From an uncultured virus (IMG/VR IMGVR_UViG_3300025840_000026) (Duplodnaviria > Heunggongvirae > Uroviricota > Caudoviricetes): 64,000 nt of DNA. Below the pieces are notes generated by a model, which saw only the letters and a program-made list of their open reading frames with translations, was not told the DNA's origin and made no database searches. The DNA is taken from IMG/VR virus record IMGVR_UViG_3300025840_000026. One strand, 5' to 3'. Shown piece by piece: positions 50,123 to 59,554 of the stretch. The stretch's first letter is position 1. The number at the start of each line of letters is the position of its first letter. A program made the position numbers and the translations under genes.

Positions 50123-51433
50123 ATGTTTTTATCAGAAAACTTACAAGAAAAGTGGCAGCCCATTCTAGAACACTCTGATCTTCCAAAGATCGAAGACAAC
50201 TACAAGAAAGCCGTTACTGCTGTAATCCTCGAAAACCAAGAGAAAGCTCTTAATGAAGATAGAGCTACTCTTTCAGAGGCAGCACCTTTGAATGCTACTG
50301 GAAGCTCTGCAATCAATAACTGGGATCCGATTTTGATCTCATTAGTGAGAAGAGCTATGCCAAATCTCGTTGCATACGACATTTGCGGTGTTCAACCAAT
50401 GACAGGCCCTACAGGTCTTATCTTTGCTATGAAAGCAAGATACAACGATGACGAAGATGCCAATAGAGAAGACAAGTCAGAAGCTTTATTTAATGAAGCT
50501 AGAACTGGTTACTCTGCAGCAGCAGCTGCTGGTTCAACTTCGTTAGGTTCTGACCCTGTAGGTGACCCTTTTGATGCTACTGGCCCTGCTACTTATGCAG
50601 GTGACACAAGTGGTGGAATGACAACAGCGACTGCTGAAGCACTTGGTGATACATCAGGTAATGCTTTTGCTGAAATGGCATTCACAATCGAAAAGGCTAC
50701 TGTTACTGCAAAATCCAGAGCGCTTAAAGCTGAATACACATTAGAACTTGCTCAAGACCTCAAAGCAATCCACGGTCTTGATGCAGAATCAGAACTTGCA
50801 AACATTCTTTCATCAGAAATTCTTGCAGAAATCAACCGTGAAGTTATCAGAAATGTTAACCTTCAAGGAAAAACAGGAGCTGCTGGAACAGCAGTGCCTG
50901 GCACATTCAACTTAGATGTTGATGCAAACGGTAGATGGTCTGTTGAGAAATTCAAAGGATTATTGTTCCAAATCGAAAGAGAATCAAATGTTATTGCTAA
51001 AGAAACAAGAAGAGGTAAAGGTAACTTTATCCTTTGTTCTTCAGACGTAGCATCTGCTCTTTCAATGGCTGGTGTATTAGATTACACACCTGCTCTTAAC
51101 ACTTCATTAAACGTTGATGATACTGGTAATACATTTGCTGGTCTTCTAAACGGAAGAGTTAAAGTATACATTGACCCTTATGCATCTGTTGACTACATGA
51201 CAGTCGGATACAGAGGTTCAAACCCATACGACGCAGGTATGTTCTATTGCCCATACGTTCCATTACAAATGGTTCGTGCCGTTGGTGAGAACACTTTCCA
51301 ACCTAAGATTGGTTTCAAAACTAGATACGGAATGGTATCTAACCCATTTGTTGGTTCAACACCAGCAGACGGTCTTGCAACAGCAGGAACAAACCAATAC
51401 TACAGAAAGATGGCAGTATCTAACATTCTGTAA
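50123..51433 (+). CDS. gp23: Major capsid protein gp23
   Basis: LISLVRRAMPNLVAYDICGVQPMTGPTGLIFAM; KSRALKAEYTLELAQDLKAIHGLDAE; FQPKIGFKTRYG. Confidence 0.98.
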   Translation: MFLSENLQEKWQPILEHSDLPKIEDNYKKAVTAVILENQEKALNEDRATLSEAAPLNATGSSAINNWDPILISLVRRAMPNLVAYDICGVQPMTGPTGLIFAMKARYNDDEDANREDKSEALFNEARTGYSAAAAAGSTSLGSDPVGDPFDATGPATYAGDTSGGMTTATAEALGDTSGNAFAEMAFTIEKATVTAKSRALKAEYTLELAQDLKAIHGLDAESELANILSSEILAEINREVIRNVNLQGKTGAAGTAVPGTFNLDVDANGRWSVEKFKGLLFQIERESNVIAKETRRGKGNFILCSSDVASALSMAGVLDYTPALNTSLNVDDTGNTFAGLLNGRVKVYIDPYASVDYMTVGYRGSNPYDAGMFYCPYVPLQMVRAVGENTFQPKIGFKTRYGMVSNPFVGSTPADGLATAGTNQYYRKMAVSNIL

Positions 51434-51460
51434 ACAAAACAATAATTTAATTAATGTTTT

Positions 51461-51488
51461 AAGGGACTCTTCGGAGTCCCTTTTTTTT
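51461..51488 (+). terminator. Rho-independent terminator with cUUCGg tetraloop
   Basis: GGGACTC-TTCG-GAGTCCC followed by T8. Confidence 0.92.
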
Positions 51489-51548
51489 GCACTAAATAAA
51501 AGGTAGTCATGGTGACTACAATTACACATACACACACAGGAGAAAATT

Positions 51549-51764
51549 ATGAGTAATACTAAATCAGGGTATGAAATTCGTGCCGACCTATTATCTCTCG
51601 CAGAGGGAATCATCATCAACAACATCGAAAATGAAAGACAGACCATTCATTCGTGGAATGACAATCATGCTGAGTCTAAAAAGGAAATACCTTTAAGGAC
51701 TTACACAGCACAAGATGTTATTGATACTGCAAAACAGTTTAATGATTTTGTAAACGAGAAATAA
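51549..51764 (+). CDS. Small conserved hypothetical protein
   Basis: AGGAG RBS; SGYEIRADLL...VIDTAKQFNDFV. Confidence 0.6.
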   Translation: MSNTKSGYEIRADLLSLAEGIIINNIENERQTIHSWNDNHAESKKEIPLRTYTAQDVIDTAKQFNDFVNEK

Positions 51765-51777
51765 CATAAATAGTATT

Positions 51778-51803
51778 ATGGGGTAGATTTACTACCCCAT
51801 TTT
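51778..51803 (+). terminator. Stem-loop (terminator-like or 5' leader hairpin)
   Basis: ATGGGGTAG-ATTTA-CTACCCCAT-TTT, immediately after CATAAATA at 51765-51772. Confidence 0.5.
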
Positions 51804-51816
51804 CAGAGGAATAATT

Positions 51817-52044
51817 ATGTCAGAATATGCAAAAAATGTGAAAGTGTTAGAAGGCCCATGGGAGAGAAGTGTATTCCCTGATGGTCAAGAATTAAGAGAA
51901 GGGTTAATCAATAGAAAGATTGTCACTTTATATCAAAAAGACGGTTATCTTTGTGAAGAAACGGTCACAAGAGAGTATAGAGGTAATGATTACTTTGATA
52001 CAACATCAACAAAAAGGATTATAAAACTTGACAACAATCAATAA
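51817..52044 (+). CDS. Hypothetical protein
   Basis: GAGGA RBS; 75-aa ORF. Confidence 0.55.
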   Translation: MSEYAKNVKVLEGPWERSVFPDGQELREGLINRKIVTLYQKDGYLCEETVTREYRGNDYFDTTSTKRIIKLDNNQ

Positions 52045-52564
52045 GTCAATTCTAAACAAGAATAATTTCAGACTTCTTATAGATAAAATTCCAACAGTGG
52101 AATACTATGTAAAGTCTGTAAATATTCCTAGTTTATCATTTACTGAAACCGTTGCTGGTGCAGGGGTAGGACTGGATGCATATTTTCCAGGCGATAAGGT
52201 TGAATTTGGAACTTTGAATATAACCTTCTTGATAGACGAAGATTTAGAAAACTTTAAAGAAGTGTATGAATGGATGAATGCAATTGTTCCAGTTGCAGAC
52301 CCAGCTGATTATAAAAACTATGTGGGTAGTTCAACAACATCTACAGGACAGTTATCAAACGTAGATAACGATTTAAATCAATACTCAGATATTACACTTG
52401 TAATAAACACCAACAAAAATATTCCTAACAAGTTCTTCCGTTTCCGTGATGCATTTCCTATATCTTTAGGTGAGATATCACTAGAATCAGGTGCAGATAA
52501 CGAAACTGTAACTTGTGAAGTTCAGTTCAGATTTTCATACTACACTATAAATACCACTTCCTAA
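52028..52564 (+). CDS. gp3: Tail completion/tube terminator gp3
   Basis: NNFRLLIDKIPTVEYY...PGDKVEFGTLNITFLIDEDLENFKEVYEWM; FRDAFPISL. Confidence 0.85.
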   Translation: MTTINKSILNKNNFRLLIDKIPTVEYYVKSVNIPSLSFTETVAGAGVGLDAYFPGDKVEFGTLNITFLIDEDLENFKEVYEWMNAIVPVADPADYKNYVGSSTTSTGQLSNVDNDLNQYSDITLVINTNKNIPNKFFRFRDAFPISLGEISLESGADNETVTCEVQFRFSYYTINTTS

Positions 52565-52618
52565 AACACCATAAATATGGTATAATAGTAGAAAATACTA
52601 CTATTGGATTTTTATATT

Positions 52619-53062
52619 ATGAATTTAGATGAAATTAAAGAGATGTGGAAAGTCGATTGTGAAATCGATGATATTGAATTAGATAAGTCCTCACTAGAAG
52701 TCCCAAGACTTCATGCAAAATACTCAGACTTGCTATCCAGTAAGCTCATACTCTTAAAACAATATCAGTTAAAATACGACACACTACTTAAAGATAAGTG
52801 GTTGTGGTATAACGGAAAGATGGATGAGAATCGTATTAAAGAACTGGGATGGAATCCTGACCCATTTGACGGACTCAAAGTCATGAAGAATGACATGAAC
52901 ATCTTTTATAATTCTGATGAAGATTTACAGAAACTAAATGTCAAGATTGAGTATCTTAAGATTACCATTGATTTTCTTAAAGAGTGTATGCAAAATATCA
53001 CTTGGAGACATCAAACTATTAAGAACACAATTGATTGGCGTAAATTTATGAGTGGGGCTTAA
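52619..53062 (+). CDS. uvsY: Recombination mediator UvsY
   Basis: MWKVDCEIDDIELD; PRLHAKY; WYNGK; IKNTIDWRKFMSG. Confidence 0.9.
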   Translation: MNLDEIKEMWKVDCEIDDIELDKSSLEVPRLHAKYSDLLSSKLILLKQYQLKYDTLLKDKWLWYNGKMDENRIKELGWNPDPFDGLKVMKNDMNIFYNSDEDLQKLNVKIEYLKITIDFLKECMQNITWRHQTIKNTIDWRKFMSGA

Positions 53063-53064
53063 GA

Positions 53065-53733
53065 ATGATATTAAGAAGCTATATGCACATTATACCTGAA
53101 CTTTTCAGTCGTGAAGAGGTTGCAGAGATACACCAAATTGCAGATGGACTTGATGAACATGTAGGAATGGTGGGTATTGGTAAAGGTGGAGATTTGGATG
53201 ACCCTGTAGAACATGCACCTAATGTTCACCACAACATTCGTAGGTCTAAGATAAAATGGATACAACACCTACCCCCTCATCTTCAAGCTAAAGTGGATGA
53301 AGGTATGTCTTTGGCTTGCACAGGTTCAGACTGGCCTTTTGAACTAATAGAACACCAGTCACTTCAATACACTATCTACGAAGGAAGAAAGATTGAAAAG
53401 GGTGATTTTTACACTTGGCACGCAGATGACGGCCCTGAATACTTTGATTTAGATCAGAAAAGAAAACTGAGTTATGTTGTTCAATTGTCTGACCCTGACG
53501 ATTATGAGGGTGGTCTATTTCAATGGATAGAAATGGGTCAAACATTAGATCAATTGCAATTAGGACAAACTGAAATAGATATCACAAATGCAATTCAGAC
53601 ACTTCCTTTTAGTGGAAAGGCAATTGGTAGTATGTTTGTGTTTCCATCGTTTGTTCAACACCAAGTAACACCAGTCACTAGTGGTGTTAGAAAATCTTTG
53701 GTAGGATGGTTTACAGGTCGTCATTTTAGGTAA
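53065..53733 (+). CDS. 2OG-Fe(II) oxygenase (prolyl-4-hydroxylase-like)
   Basis: QYTIY...FYTWHADD; RKLSYVVQLSDPDDYEGG; FPSFVQHQVTPVTSGVRKSLVGW. Confidence 0.85.
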   Translation: MILRSYMHIIPELFSREEVAEIHQIADGLDEHVGMVGIGKGGDLDDPVEHAPNVHHNIRRSKIKWIQHLPPHLQAKVDEGMSLACTGSDWPFELIEHQSLQYTIYEGRKIEKGDFYTWHADDGPEYFDLDQKRKLSYVVQLSDPDDYEGGLFQWIEMGQTLDQLQLGQTEIDITNAIQTLPFSGKAIGSMFVFPSFVQHQVTPVTSGVRKSLVGWFTGRHFR

Positions 53734-55142
53734 TGAAAGTCACAGTCCGAAAAGTCGATGATGTCTTCATGAGGGTAGACTGTGATGACGGTTTAGCTAG
53801 AGACCTATTTGACTTCTTTTCCTTTACAGTTCCGAATGCAAAGTTCATGCCTAGTTTCAAGAACCGTTTTTGGGATGGTAAGGTCAGACTCTTTTCAATC
53901 AAAACAAATAAAATTTATATTGGTCTTCTACCTTATGTAGATGAGTTCTGCAAGGAGAGAGGATATGAGTTTGAGGGTGTTGAAGATGTTATCGGAAAGA
54001 AAACAAGACTGGACGATGATAGTATAGAACGATTTGTCAAGACCCTTGACACTACCTTTACACCACGAGATTATCAGATAAGTGCATTCCGAAGTGTAGT
54101 AGAGTATGGTAGACAACTACTTCTATCTCCAACTGCAAGTGGTAAGTCCTTTATAATCTATCTTCTTGCAAGATACTATAATAAAAAAACTCTTATTTTA
54201 GTCCCAACTACATCACTTGTAGAACAAATGACAAAAGACTTTGAGGACTACGGATACAAAGACCGTGTCTGTAAGATATATTCTAAACAAGAGGTCTTTG
54301 ATGCAGACATAACTGTATCCACTTGGCAATCATTTAGTAAAGCTCCTAAAGAAACTATGCAATCTTTTGAGATGGTAGTAGGAGATGAGGCACATTTATT
54401 TAAAGCAAATGTTCTCAAAGGTATCTTAGAGAAGATGAATAAGACTGCAATTCGTATTGGAACTACAGGAACACTAGATGGAACGGAAGTTCATAGACTT
54501 CAATTAGAAGGATTATTCGGGCCTGTGAAAAAGGTCATACGAACTTCTGAACTAATTGAAGAAGGAACTATTGCAGAAATTCAAATTGACTGTATCATAC
54601 TTCGTCATACTAAACAGAAGAAGATGAGCTATCAAGAAGAAATGGACTACCTAGTATCCAACGAAAAAAGAAATCAATTTATTACCAATCTAGTATCTTC
54701 CCTAAAGGGTAATACACTGGTGTTATTCCAGTATGTAGAGAAACACGGTGAAGTTCTATATAAGTTTTTAGATGGAAGAGTGGATGACCTTCATTATGTA
54801 TTTGGTGGAACAGACACAGTCGACAGAGAAGCTGTCAGAAGTATTGTAGAGAAGTCAGATGGAAGTGTCATATTAGCATCATACGGAACTTTCTCTACAG
54901 GAGTAAATATTAAAAAAATTGATAATATTGTATTTGCATCCCCTTCGAAATCTCGTATTCGTAACCTACAGTCTATTGGTAGAGGACTAAGAAAGACAGA
55001 AGGTAAGGATAAAATGAGACTCTTTGATATTGCAGATGACCTACAGTATGAAAACTTTACACTTAGTCACCTTAAAGAAAGAATAAATATATACAACGAA
55101 GAGAGTTTTCCATATGAAATACAACAATTCGACCTTAAATGA
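53733..55142 (+). CDS. uvsW: DNA helicase UvsW
   Basis: WDGKVRLF; SPTASGKS; GDEAHLFKA; QSIGRGLRK. Confidence 0.95.
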   Translation: MKVTVRKVDDVFMRVDCDDGLARDLFDFFSFTVPNAKFMPSFKNRFWDGKVRLFSIKTNKIYIGLLPYVDEFCKERGYEFEGVEDVIGKKTRLDDDSIERFVKTLDTTFTPRDYQISAFRSVVEYGRQLLLSPTASGKSFIIYLLARYYNKKTLILVPTTSLVEQMTKDFEDYGYKDRVCKIYSKQEVFDADITVSTWQSFSKAPKETMQSFEMVVGDEAHLFKANVLKGILEKMNKTAIRIGTTGTLDGTEVHRLQLEGLFGPVKKVIRTSELIEEGTIAEIQIDCIILRHTKQKKMSYQEEMDYLVSNEKRNQFITNLVSSLKGNTLVLFQYVEKHGEVLYKFLDGRVDDLHYVFGGTDTVDREAVRSIVEKSDGSVILASYGTFSTGVNIKKIDNIVFASPSKSRIRNLQSIGRGLRKTEGKDKMRLFDIADDLQYENFTLSHLKERINIYNEESFPYEIQQFDLK

Positions 55143-55633
55143 CATCAGCAGCTAGTTTAATTAAACAAGAATATCAAGTTGTTCGTTTGACGAATGGACA
55201 AGAACTTGTTGGTATGGTAAGAGATAGAGGAAATTATATTCAAATAACTCTACCTATGATTTGTCATCTTTCAGTCTCTATGCCTGAGAATGGAAGAGTT
55301 GGAACAATTGCAACATTTTTTCCTTATTCAGCAATGTCTAGTGACCCAATTATTGAACTACCTAAATCTATTGTTTCTCATTGGAATGCATTGAACACTC
55401 AATTTATACCTCTTTACGATAAAGCTTCTTCAGAATGGTTGCACATGATAGAAAACAAAACTATCCCTTTATTAGAAAAATCTTCAAAACAAAGAACACA
55501 AAAATATATAGAGAACGAGATTGAAAGATTGATGGAAACTTTAGATTATGACCTTGAGTTTAATGGACATGAAGAATCAGAAAGTGAAAGTTTTTTAAGG
55601 ATGACTAAACCAAAAGACGGAAAGATTCATTAA
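55139..55633 (+). CDS. Conserved hypothetical protein (Sm-like N-terminus)
   Basis: VVRLTNGQELVG motif; usual position between uvsW and gp55. Confidence 0.55.
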   Translation: MTSAASLIKQEYQVVRLTNGQELVGMVRDRGNYIQITLPMICHLSVSMPENGRVGTIATFFPYSAMSSDPIIELPKSIVSHWNALNTQFIPLYDKASSEWLHMIENKTIPLLEKSSKQRTQKYIENEIERLMETLDYDLEFNGHEESESESFLRMTKPKDGKIH

Positions 55634-55644
55634 GATTATTTTTT

Positions 55645-55652
55645 TATAAATA
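55645..55652 (+). promoter_or_regulatory. Late promoter TATAAATA
   Basis: Exact consensus. Confidence 0.6.
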
Positions 55653-55707
55653 GTTCCGTCATAACATTCAGTTATGATATAATATAAATGAGGTTTATAA
55701 ATTAATC

Positions 55708-55851
55708 ATGACTGAATTGGTCGAAAAATTATCTGAGTTAAACAGAAAGAGAAAAAATATAACACATAGTTCTATAATTGAATCATTTGAAGTGATACTT
55801 TTAATAGCTATCTTCATTACCTGCACATACGCACTTGCTCCCATAGTATAA
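55708..55851 (+). CDS. Small membrane protein (47 aa; below the ORF-track cutoff)
   Basis: MTELVEKLSELNRKRKNITHSSIIESFEVILLIAIFITCTYALAPIV*, downstream of a late promoter. Confidence 0.5.
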   Translation: MTELVEKLSELNRKRKNITHSSIIESFEVILLIAIFITCTYALAPIV

Positions 55852-55852
55852 A

Positions 55853-56047
55853 GTGAGTGACTTAGATAAAAAGGTAAGAAAGGCGTTGCAGACAGTGAAC
55901 TTGTCTCCACCCATAGATGATGACTTTTTTGATAAATTAGAAAAGATGCATCCGATGAGACAGATTGTTTATGCTAGTATACTACAATTCACGGTATTTG
56001 GGTCAATGTTAGTAGCATTCTATCTACTGCATAACTATATTATATAG
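55853..56047 (+). CDS. Small membrane protein
   Basis: Hydrophobic C-terminus IVYASILQFTVFGSMLVAFYLL. Confidence 0.5.
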   Translation: MSDLDKKVRKALQTVNLSPPIDDDFFDKLEKMHPMRQIVYASILQFTVFGSMLVAFYLLHNYII

Positions 56048-56165
56048 TATATCCCCCTGACTACATAGTTATCTTATCATGGATTTTTTAATCTGACAAG
56101 ATACTTTTGTAAAAAAACTTAAAAATTCTATTCAAATAAATATAAAAAAAACATTAAAAACCCTC

Positions 56166-56194
56166 TAGTCAATAGTGGTTTTTTGGTGTATATT
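56166..56194 (+). promoter_or_regulatory. Putative sigma70-type promoter for gp55 (TAGTCA-N17-TATATT)
   Basis: Correct spacing; the ATG begins 7 nt after the -10 box and there is no SD. Confidence 0.45.
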
Positions 56195-56200
56195 GTATAC

Positions 56201-56758
56201 ATGGCTGAGAAAAAACAAAACGAACACTACGTAAATAACAAAGAGTTCACACAAGCAGTCTCCGAGTATAACCAAGCAGTTAAACTCGCAGAATCAAAAG
56301 GGAAAACCCCACCTAGGATGACTGAGTATATTGGTGAGTGTATCTATAAGATAGCAACTCGTCTTTCCACTCGTCCTAATTTTATCAACTATACTTATAG
56401 AGACGAAATGATTTGTGATGCAATTGAAAACTGCATTCAGTATATCAATAATTTCGATGCAGAGAAGTCTAACAATGCATTTGCATACATTACTCAAATT
56501 TGCTACTATGCATTTCTTAGACGAATCCAAAAAGAGAAGAAACAAGTTTATATTAAACAGAAAAGTATAGAAGCTTCAAATGTAATAATGGATTCATTTG
56601 ATACTCTAGATGGAGTTCATGACCCCAATCTAACCAATACTAATATTGAGTGGATGCAAGAAAACATGAATCCAGTTGTTTATGAACCTAGAACTTCTAG
56701 AAAGAAAACAACAACCAAAAGTAAAAAGAACCTAGAAAAGTTCACAGAAGAGGAGTAA
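56201..56758 (+). CDS. gp55: Late-transcription sigma factor gp55
   Basis: HYVNNKEF; YIGECIYKIATRLSTRPNFINYTYRDEMICDAIENC; NAFAYITQICYYAFLRRIQKEKKQ. Confidence 0.96.
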   Translation: MAEKKQNEHYVNNKEFTQAVSEYNQAVKLAESKGKTPPRMTEYIGECIYKIATRLSTRPNFINYTYRDEMICDAIENCIQYINNFDAEKSNNAFAYITQICYYAFLRRIQKEKKQVYIKQKSIEASNVIMDSFDTLDGVHDPNLTNTNIEWMQENMNPVVYEPRTSRKKTTTKSKKNLEKFTEEE

Positions 56759-56761
56759 GTC

Positions 56762-57829
56762 GTGAAGTTTGCGATTTTAAATGACACGCACTGTGGTGTC
56801 AGAGGTGACATGATTGAAATGTCTAACTACCAAGGACGTTTCTACAACGAAGTGTTCTTTCCATACTTAGATGAACATGATATTAAACACATCGTCCATT
56901 TAGGGGACTACTTTGACCGAAGAAAGTATATTAACTTTGCAACAATGAAAGCAAATATACAACACTTCATTGAACCTATGAATGAACGTGGTATTACCAT
57001 GGATTTAATTCTTGGTAATCATGACACCTATTATAAGAACACCAACGATGTGAATGCACCTGAGTTACTACTCTACAATCAACCTAACGTAAATGTGATT
57101 TCCGAATGTGAAGTTAAAGAATACGATGGATTCAACGTTGCACTAGTTCCATGGATTAATAATGATAACTATGCAAATGCAGTAGAATTCTTGTTTAATG
57201 CACAGGCTTCTATTGCAATGGGTCACTTTGAGATTGAAGGTGCAATCATGCAGCCAGGGATGACTTGTCCTCATGGATTAGACCATACTTATCTAAAACG
57301 TTTTGATAAAGTATTAAGTGGTCACTTTCATCATAAATCTGAGGTAAAGAACATTAGGTATCTTGGTTCACAAATGCAATTTACATGGTCGGATTATGGA
57401 GACGAAAAGTATTTTCATATTTTTGATACACAAGACCAAAGTATCACACCTATTCATAACCCACTTACAATGTTTGAAAAAGCTTTTTATGATGATACTA
57501 AAGAAAGTTTTGAATCTATTGCAAATGCAGACTATAGTCAGTATGCAGGGAAATTTACAAAGGTTATAGTAGTCAACAAAGAAAATCCATATTGGTTTGA
57601 TACCTTCTTGGATAAAGTTCATGGAGTGAATCCAATACATGTCTCAGTTGTTGATGACAATAAACATATGGACTTTATGGACGATGATGAGGTTGGTGAC
57701 ATTGAAGACACACTAACAATTTTAAACAAATACATTGAAGGTTTAGAAATTCAAGGAAAGAAAAAACCCTTGACAGAATTGATGACTTCATTGTATCATG
57801 AAGCTTTAGACGAACATACTTATCTATGA
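56762..57829 (+). CDS. gp47: Recombination endonuclease subunit gp47 (Mre11-like)
   Basis: DTHCG; HLGDYFDRRK; GNHD; GHFE; SGHFH. Confidence 0.95.
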   Translation: MKFAILNDTHCGVRGDMIEMSNYQGRFYNEVFFPYLDEHDIKHIVHLGDYFDRRKYINFATMKANIQHFIEPMNERGITMDLILGNHDTYYKNTNDVNAPELLLYNQPNVNVISECEVKEYDGFNVALVPWINNDNYANAVEFLFNAQASIAMGHFEIEGAIMQPGMTCPHGLDHTYLKRFDKVLSGHFHHKSEVKNIRYLGSQMQFTWSDYGDEKYFHIFDTQDQSITPIHNPLTMFEKAFYDDTKESFESIANADYSQYAGKFTKVIVVNKENPYWFDTFLDKVHGVNPIHVSVVDDNKHMDFMDDDEVGDIEDTLTILNKYIEGLEIQGKKKPLTELMTSLYHEALDEHTYL

Positions 57830-59541
57830 TAGAATTCCAAAAAGTAAGATATAAAAATTTATTATCTTCAGGTAATAAGTTTACTGAAATTACACTAAAC
57901 GACCACCAAACTACATTAATTTTGGGAGAGAACGGTGCAGGTAAATCTACACTGTTAGATGCATTATGTTTTGGTCTTTATGGTCGTGGGTTTAGAAATT
58001 TAAAGAAAGAACTATTAATTAACTCTATCAATCAAAAAGAATTGGTTGTAGAAATTGAGTTTAAAGTAGGTAAGAAATTATATAAAGTTATACGAGGAAC
58101 AAAACCCAATAAGTTTGAACTTTATTTAAATGACACTTTGATTAATCAAGATGCATCAGTCAGAGATTATCAAGAACACTTAGAAAAGAACATTCTCAAA
58201 ATGAGTTATCGTTCTTTCACTCAAGTTGCAATTCTAGGTTCTGCAAACTTTACACCTTTTATGCAGTTAAAGGCAGCAGAAAGACGTAAACTCGTAGAAG
58301 ACCTATTGGATATCTCTATCTTCTCAACAATGGCTGACCTTCTTCGTAAGAAGATATCTTCTCATACAATTGAAATAAAGGATACCTCACATAGTATTGA
58401 TTTACTAGAAGAGAGAATCAATGGTCTTAATGAACAACTTAATGCACTTCGTGAGAATCGTGATAATAAGATTAGTAAGTATGAAAATACTGTGAAAGAA
58501 ACACAAACTAACATATCAAATCTCATGGAGAAAATAGATGAAAAGACGCAAGATGTGGTGGAGAAAAAGTCCACGATCTCAGACAGAGACCCTCAGGGAG
58601 ATAGACTCAAACAAGCAAGAGAGGTGGAGAACAGACTCAATGAAGCTTACCGAAAAGCTGTTAAAGAAATCGAGTTCTATGAAAAAAATGACGACTGTCC
58701 CACATGTAAACAAGGATTAGACGAAGAACACAAACAAGAACACATTGCACAAAAGTCAGCTAAGAAAAAAGAGTTGTTGGATGCAATTTCAAAAATTGGT
58801 GAAACTATTGAAGATTCAAGTAGACGACTTGAAGAGATTCAAGAAGTGCAAGACCAAATAGAAAAAATCCAAAAATCTATTGGTATTCTACAATCAGAGG
58901 TTGTGTCTAATCAAAAATTCATTGCAAAAATTCAAAAGGAAATAGAAGAACTCAAAAACGAACAAAGTGGTAACTCTAATGTTCAAGAACGAATTGATGA
59001 CAGTGAAGAAGAACTTGAAATCATGCACAAGAAAAAACAAACACTTGTAGAACAGAGTCACTATTTTGATATTGCACAGATGTTATTAAAAGACCAAGGT
59101 GTTAAACAAAAGATTATCAAACAATATGTTCCAATTATGAATAAACTAATTAACAAGTATCTTGCACAATTAGAATTCTATGTTGGATTTGAATTGAATG
59201 AATCATTTGAAGAAACAATCAAATCAAGATTCAGAGACGTATTCAAATATGATAACTTCTCACAAGGGGAGAAAATGAGAATTGACCTTGCACTTCTATT
59301 TACATGGAGAGCAGTTGCAAGAATGAAAAACTCAGTAAACACCAACCTTCTTATTCTAGATGAGGTGTTTGACTCTTCACTTGATACTAACGGAACAGAT
59401 GACTTCTTAAAGCTTCTGAACACACTTACAGAGAAGACCAATGCATTTATTATCAGTCATAAGGGTGATGCACTCTATGATAAATTTAATGATGTATTAC
59501 GATTTGAGAAATACAAAAACTTCTCAAGACTTGCAGAATAA
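57826..59541 (+). CDS. gp46: Recombination endonuclease subunit gp46 (Rad50-like)
   Basis: GENGAGKST; CPTC zinc hook; FSQGEKMRIDLALL; LILDEVFDSSLD; ISH. Confidence 0.96.
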   Translation: MIEFQKVRYKNLLSSGNKFTEITLNDHQTTLILGENGAGKSTLLDALCFGLYGRGFRNLKKELLINSINQKELVVEIEFKVGKKLYKVIRGTKPNKFELYLNDTLINQDASVRDYQEHLEKNILKMSYRSFTQVAILGSANFTPFMQLKAAERRKLVEDLLDISIFSTMADLLRKKISSHTIEIKDTSHSIDLLEERINGLNEQLNALRENRDNKISKYENTVKETQTNISNLMEKIDEKTQDVVEKKSTISDRDPQGDRLKQAREVENRLNEAYRKAVKEIEFYEKNDDCPTCKQGLDEEHKQEHIAQKSAKKKELLDAISKIGETIEDSSRRLEEIQEVQDQIEKIQKSIGILQSEVVSNQKFIAKIQKEIEELKNEQSGNSNVQERIDDSEEELEIMHKKKQTLVEQSHYFDIAQMLLKDQGVKQKIIKQYVPIMNKLINKYLAQLEFYVGFELNESFEETIKSRFRDVFKYDNFSQGEKMRIDLALLFTWRAVARMKNSVNTNLLILDEVFDSSLDTNGTDDFLKLLNTLTEKTNAFIISHKGDALYDKFNDVLRFEKYKNFSRLAE

Positions 59542-59554
59542 CATAAATAGTAGT

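Noticed and set aside
41834..59541. Introns, inteins or homing endonucleases in gp17, gp20, gp23, uvsW or gp46
   Set aside because: All are continuous and of ordinary length, with no intein or HNH/GIY-YIG/LAGLIDADG motifs seen.
59441..59554. N-terminal extension of ORF 59441 overlapping gp46
   Set aside because: A late promoter lies at 59542-59549 and ATG 59555 gives a more plausible start.
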